Origin: Patescibacteria group bacterium
GTDB lineage: Bacteria; Patescibacteriota; Minisyncoccia; Phycocordibacterales; UBA1550
NCBI GenBank assembly: GCA_038062675.1
Contig: JBBTWP010000001.1
Span: 48,920 to 112,919 of the forward strand
Length of the DNA: 64,000 nucleotides
Direction of reading: 5' to 3'
Made by a program: the position numbers and the translations under genes. Positions 60,170 to 64,000 of this stretch are shown here, piece after piece (the first letter of the stretch is position 1; every line of letters starts with the position of its first letter). The notes under the pieces were generated by a model that did no database searches, was not told the origin of the DNA, and saw only the letters and a list, made by a program, of their open reading frames with translations.

Positions 60170-60184
60170 ACGGTGCCGCAGAAA

Positions 60185-61585
60185 TTAAAAATCATCAACA
60201 TTTCCCCCCGCACGGCTCATGCTCCCCGGATTGTAGTCGTGTTGCTTGTCGAGAGAAACAAACGTTGATTTTTCTTGATCGAAAAAAAGCTCAACTTCAC
60301 CAACGGGGCCGTTGCGGTGCTTTTCAACGATGATTTGGGCGATATTCGGCTTGTCAGAGTTCTCGTTGTATTTATCGTCGCGGTGGATGAAAATAACCAC
60401 ATCGGCGTCTTGTTCGATAGAACCTGAGTCGCGAAGGTCGGAGAGGCGAGGACGGTCACGACGTGTTTCAATGGCACGAGAGAGCTGTGAGAGGGCAATA
60501 ACGGGCACATCGAGGTCTTTGGCGAGCCCTTTCAAGGAACGCGAGATTTCGGTCACTTGGTTCACCATAGAGTCGTAGTGTTTTGCGGTACCCATAAGCT
60601 GGAGGTAGTCGATAATAATAAGTCCCAGTCCGTGCTCACTTTTCAGCTTTCGTGCGGCGGAACGCATCTTCATGATAGTGTTTCCTGCTTGGTCGTCGAT
60701 GAAAATAGGCGCCTTAGAGAGACGGTCAAGGGAGTTCCGGAGTTTATCGAAGTCTTCGTCAAGCGAAAGTTTTCCGGTGCGAAGTTTCCATGCGTTGACG
60801 CGGGACTCGGCTGCAAGCATGCGGTCGACAAGTTGCTGAGTGTTCATTTCGAGAGAAAAAATACCGACAGGAACTTTGTATTGAATCGCAGCTTGTCGTG
60901 CGATGTCGAGCGCGAGTGTCGTCTTTCCCATAGAGGGACGTGCTGCAAGGATGATAAGATCGGATTTTTGAAAACCGGAAAGAAGTGTATCGAGGGCAGG
61001 GAAACCACTAGGGACTCCGCGGAGCTCGCTTCCTTCTTTGTGCATTTTGTCGAGTCGATCCCACGCCTCTTCCAGTGTGTCTTTAATGTTGACGAATTTT
61101 TTGGTGACGCTCGCGTTGGTGATGGAGTAAATTTTTTTCTCCGCTTCATCCAAAACATTTTCAATCTCTTCTGCTTCATTATAGCCAAGCTCGGAAATGT
61201 GCTCGGCCGCTTCAATGAGTGTGCGCAGGATGTATTTGCGCTGAACCATCTCGGCATAGTATTTTGCGTTGGTCGAAGAGGGGACAGAGTCAGTAAGCTC
61301 GGCAAGATAGCTTCCTCCACCAATGCCATCAAACTTACCTCGCTCTTTGAGGCGTGCCGACACCGAAAGAAGGTCGATAGGTTCATGTCGCGTATGAAGC
61401 TCGATCATGGCATCGAAAAGCATGCGATGCTTTTCGACATAAAATGACTCACGGGTGAGAACATCGGCAACGTCGTACATTCCTTCAGGGCGGATCATGA
61501 GCGACCCAAGAAGGGCTTTTTCTGAGTCGATGTTCTGTGGAGGAATGCGGAGCTCTCTGGATTTAAACTGTTGTTTGGTTGCCAT
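60185..61585 (-). CDS. dnaB: replicative DNA helicase DnaB
   Basis: Walker A GKTT; conserved DnaB N-terminus. Confidence 0.95.
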   Translation of the reverse strand: MATKQQFKSRELRIPPQNIDSEKALLGSLMIRPEGMYDVADVLTRESFYVEKHRMLFDAMIELHTRHEPIDLLSVSARLKERGKFDGIGGGSYLAELTDSVPSSTNAKYYAEMVQRKYILRTLIEAAEHISELGYNEAEEIENVLDEAEKKIYSITNASVTKKFVNIKDTLEEAWDRLDKMHKEGSELRGVPSGFPALDTLLSGFQKSDLIILAARPSMGKTTLALDIARQAAIQYKVPVGIFSLEMNTQQLVDRMLAAESRVNAWKLRTGKLSLDEDFDKLRNSLDRLSKAPIFIDDQAGNTIMKMRSAARKLKSEHGLGLIIIDYLQLMGTAKHYDSMVNQVTEISRSLKGLAKDLDVPVIALSQLSRAIETRRDRPRLSDLRDSGSIEQDADVVIFIHRDDKYNENSDKPNIAQIIVEKHRNGPVGEVELFFDQEKSTFVSLDKQHDYNPGSMSRAGGNVDDF

Positions 61586-61601
61586 AGGGTCTATTCTAGC
61601 A

Positions 61602-61623
61602 TACCGCCCCTTGGGGCGGTATG
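61602..61623. other. perfect 9-bp GC-rich palindrome hairpin between dnaB and the SBP gene
   Basis: ataccgcccc-ttgg-ggcggtat. Confidence 0.5.
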
Positions 61624-61690
61624 GAGGAGTGGGGGAAAGTTGGTGGAAAAGAGGGGGATAGTGGTAGAAACCCCACGTTAACTTGAATTC

Positions 61691-62683
61691 CTACTGTATA
61701 ACCTTAGTAGCAGCACCCAAGGTTTCCTGATTGAGCGGAATTCCCAGTGCTTTGGCGTTAGAAACACTAATGATATATTCAATTTTTTCGGGTTGTTCGA
61801 AAGGAATCACTCCAGGGTTTTCTCCTGAAAGCACTTTGTTTGCTATTCGTGCCAAGGAACGTCCCATTTCGCCATAGTCTGGCCCATATGAAGCAAACGC
61901 TCCACTCTTAATTGCCGTTTCGTCAGGCATAATCATAGGGAGTTTTTCTTCGAGCGATCTCTTCAGGAAAAGGTCTGCCTTTGAAAAGAGCGACCCGTGA
62001 GGGTAGAACAAAATGGCGTCGAATTCCTTTTTTGTAATTTTGTTGAGAACGTTTTGGAGGTCATCCTTGCTCGGGTTTGTGAGTGGAAATTCTGTTAGGG
62101 TGACGCCAAGCTGGGGTGCTTGAGCATTTGCAATAGGTCGTGCCTTTTTTGTGGGCCCGCATGTAGTGTCGTACACAATAGCTATTTTTTTTATGCTCGG
62201 GATTGCTTTTTTGAGCAACTCAATTCGTTTTGGAGTGAGCTCGATGTTTTGTTGAGAAATTCCTGCCAGATTGAAGCCCGAACCTTGGAGTGTTTTAACA
62301 TACCCGTGTTCAACAGGATCACCAAGGGCTGTTAAAACCGCAATAGTTTTAGTTTTAGCAGTTATTTTGAAAGTAGGACCAGAGCTGATGGTTGTGATGA
62401 TGGCGGGGTTTTGAGCAATAGCCTCGTCTATGTATTGATCGAGCTTATCTTTGTCTCCTAGAGCATCTTTATAGGTGATGTTGACATTACCGTCGGGGCG
62501 AGAAGCTTTTAACGTTTTTATAAAATTGTCGAGAAAAATGCCGTACGTTTCACCACCCGGATTAATGACATACACTTGTTGTGCGGTTTGTTTTTTTGTA
62601 ACTGCACCTGTTTGTGACTTATAGATGTAAAATCCACCGCCGGTAAGTAGAAGTATTCCTAATAAAACAAAAAATTTTTTCAT
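61691..62683 (-). CDS. ABC transporter substrate-binding protein (ABC_sub_bind/BMP-like)
   Basis: N-terminal anchor MKKFFVLLGILLL; periplasmic-binding-protein fold pattern. Confidence 0.7.
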   Translation of the reverse strand: MKKFFVLLGILLLTGGGFYIYKSQTGAVTKKQTAQQVYVINPGGETYGIFLDNFIKTLKASRPDGNVNITYKDALGDKDKLDQYIDEAIAQNPAIITTISSGPTFKITAKTKTIAVLTALGDPVEHGYVKTLQGSGFNLAGISQQNIELTPKRIELLKKAIPSIKKIAIVYDTTCGPTKKARPIANAQAPQLGVTLTEFPLTNPSKDDLQNVLNKITKKEFDAILFYPHGSLFSKADLFLKRSLEEKLPMIMPDETAIKSGAFASYGPDYGEMGRSLARIANKVLSGENPGVIPFEQPEKIEYIISVSNAKALGIPLNQETLGAATKVIQ

Positions 62684-62740
62684 GATGCTGATTTATAAAT
62701 ATATCCACTGCTTATAGTAATACTTAAGTCTAACATGCAA

Positions 62741-62750
62741 GGGGGGGGGG
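62741..62750. repeat. G10/C10 homopolymer abutting a minus-strand -35 (TTGCAT)
   Basis: The minus strand reads CCCCCCCCCCttgcat-17-ctataa, upstream of the SBP gene. Confidence 0.75.
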
Positions 62751-62762
62751 TATTCAAAGTTT

Positions 62763-64000
62763 TTATTTGTGGATAAGTTTTGAAACCTTTTGTTCTTCTC
62801 CTGTGTCGATGACATCATAACCAAGAGCTTGAATGTTTGCACGTAGTTCGTCAGAACGAGACCAATTTTTGGTGAGACGGGCTTCTTTGCGTGCAGTGAG
62901 GAGTGTTTGAATTTCGGGGGGCACGACAATATATTTGGGTTCGTTTATGGAAAGCTGAAGTCCAAGGGCACGGTCGAAATCGAGAAGTGTCGCTGTTTTG
63001 TCGGCAGGAGAAAGTGCTTCACTTTTTGCGACTTCCCACGCAAGCGCGAGGGCGCGCGGGGTGTCGAGGTCGTTGGCGATAATCTCAGCAAAGCGCGCAC
63101 GATATTCTGCATGTATTATGCCTGATTCTGTCCCCAGATGAGTTTTGAGGCGCCCGAGGGCGGTCTGTGCTCCCTCAAGCGCTTCCCATGTGAAGTTTGC
63201 CTTTGAGCGATAGTGTGCTGTTAGAGTCCAGTAACGAAAAGCGAGGGGGTCAATGCTGTGTTCGATGACCATTTTAAGGGTGGTGAAATTGCCGAGCGAT
63301 TTCGACATTTTTTGTCCGTCAACGGTGAGGAATTCTTCATGTAACCAAAGTTTTGAAAATAGTTTTCCTGTCGCCGCTTCGGACTGAGCTATTTCGTTGG
63401 TGTGGTGGGGGAAAATAAGGTCAACGCCACCAGTGTGAATGTCGAGCGTTTCGCCGAGCTCGGCAAGTGCCATGGCGGAGCATTCAACGTGCCAGCCCGG
63501 ACGACCGCGCCCAAACGATGCTGCAAACACATTTTCGCCGTCGTCTTCAGTCCAAAATTTCCAAAGTGCAAAGTCCCGTGGATCTTTCTTTTCGTATTCG
63601 TCGGTTTCGATGCGAGATTGCGTTTCAGCGCTGAGGTCGAGGCGTGCGAGAGCTCCATACCCTTTGGATTTTTTTATATCAAAATAGACGCCATTGGGGG
63701 TTGTGTAGGCGTATTCGTCTCGCAAGAGTTTTTCAATGAGGGCGACCATTCCACCAACGTGGTCGGTGGCTCGTGGGAGTGCGTGGGGGGTTTTTATGTT
63801 GAGATGTGCGAGGTCCGCGAGAAATAAATTTTCATAACGACGCGTAAGGTCGCCCATAGTCGTCCCTTCTTCGCGACTTCTTGCTATGATCTTGTCGTCA
63901 ATATCGGTGATATTCATCACTTGCTTGACCATATAATTGGAATACTCAAGAGTACGCCTGAGAAGGTCGTTGGTGATGAACGTGCGTAGATTTCCAATAT
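62763..64000 (-). CDS. cysS: cysteinyl-tRNA synthetase (5' end outside the window)
   Basis: Translation continues past 63932 as ...IGNLRTFITNDLLRRTLEYSNYMVKQVMNITDIDDKI (HIGH region); KMSKSLGN present. Confidence 0.9.
   Translation of the reverse strand, partial: IGNLRTFITNDLLRRTLEYSNYMVKQVMNITDIDDKIIARSREEGTTMGDLTRRYENLFLADLAHLNIKTPHALPRATDHVGGMVALIEKLLRDEYAYTTPNGVYFDIKKSKGYGALARLDLSAETQSRIETDEYEKKDPRDFALWKFWTEDDGENVFAASFGRGRPGWHVECSAMALAELGETLDIHTGGVDLIFPHHTNEIAQSEAATGKLFSKLWLHEEFLTVDGQKMSKSLGNFTTLKMVIEHSIDPLAFRYWTLTAHYRSKANFTWEALEGAQTALGRLKTHLGTESGIIHAEYRARFAEIIANDLDTPRALALAWEVAKSEALSPADKTATLLDFDRALGLQLSINEPKYIVVPPEIQTLLTARKEARLTKNWSRSDELRANIQALGYDVIDTGEEQKVSKLIHK

Overview
This 64-kb window looks like a streamlined, CPR/Patescibacteria-like bacterial chromosome. 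That placement is inferred from several signs: many short intergenic gaps, truncated housekeeping genes (78-aa AtpC, 596-aa AlaS without the C-terminal domain), numerous small membrane or secreted proteins of unknown function, and no tRNA or rRNA genes. Nearly all genes lie on the + strand up to about 59.5 kb, followed by a minus-strand block (recR, dnaB, a substrate-binding protein, and a cysS that runs off the window end). Recognisable units are a complete F1F0 ATP synthase operon (atpEFHAGDC, 72-5355), the infA-rpmJ-rpsM-rpsK-rpsD-rpoA-rplQ-rplM-rpsI ribosomal/RNAP cluster (39464-43715), and grpE-dnaK-dnaJ (43814-47630). Other identifiable genes are ychF, leuS, mnmA, mltG, alaS, tyrS, pheA, plsC, rplU, a P-type ATPase, an AI-2E transporter, MgtC, EamA-type transporters, a family-4 uracil-DNA glycosylase, a C39-like peptidase, a CAP-domain protein, a DEDDy exonuclease, a Cas4/RecB-like Fe-S PD-(D/E)XK nuclease, an ATP-cone fused to an Mrr-like endonuclease, and an orphan 7TM sensor histidine kinase. 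No CRISPR array, integrase, transposase, reverse transcriptase or tRNA was found. The most unusual structural signals are: (i) a ~5.9-kb gene block (47.6-53.5 kb) bracketed by ~360-bp direct repeats of the dnaJ 3' end, the second copy being a truncated dnaJ fragment; (ii) the same pattern in miniature, a 33-bp in-frame copy of the ychF 3' end 172 bp downstream of ychF; (iii) a recurring TTGACAAGT...CATAAAA promoter-like motif and a duplicated ~85-bp leader in front of two adjacent genes; (iv) two promoters whose -35 box is directly abutted by a 9-10-nt G/C homopolymer; (v) several clusters of uncharacterised envelope proteins, for example a three-gene unit comprising an unknown protein, an actin-like ATPase and a TM-anchored protein behind a strong promoter with a structured leader, plus a 544-aa unknown protein co-transcribed with the histidine kinase. 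All functional calls come from reading motifs in the translated ORFs, since no database search was possible.
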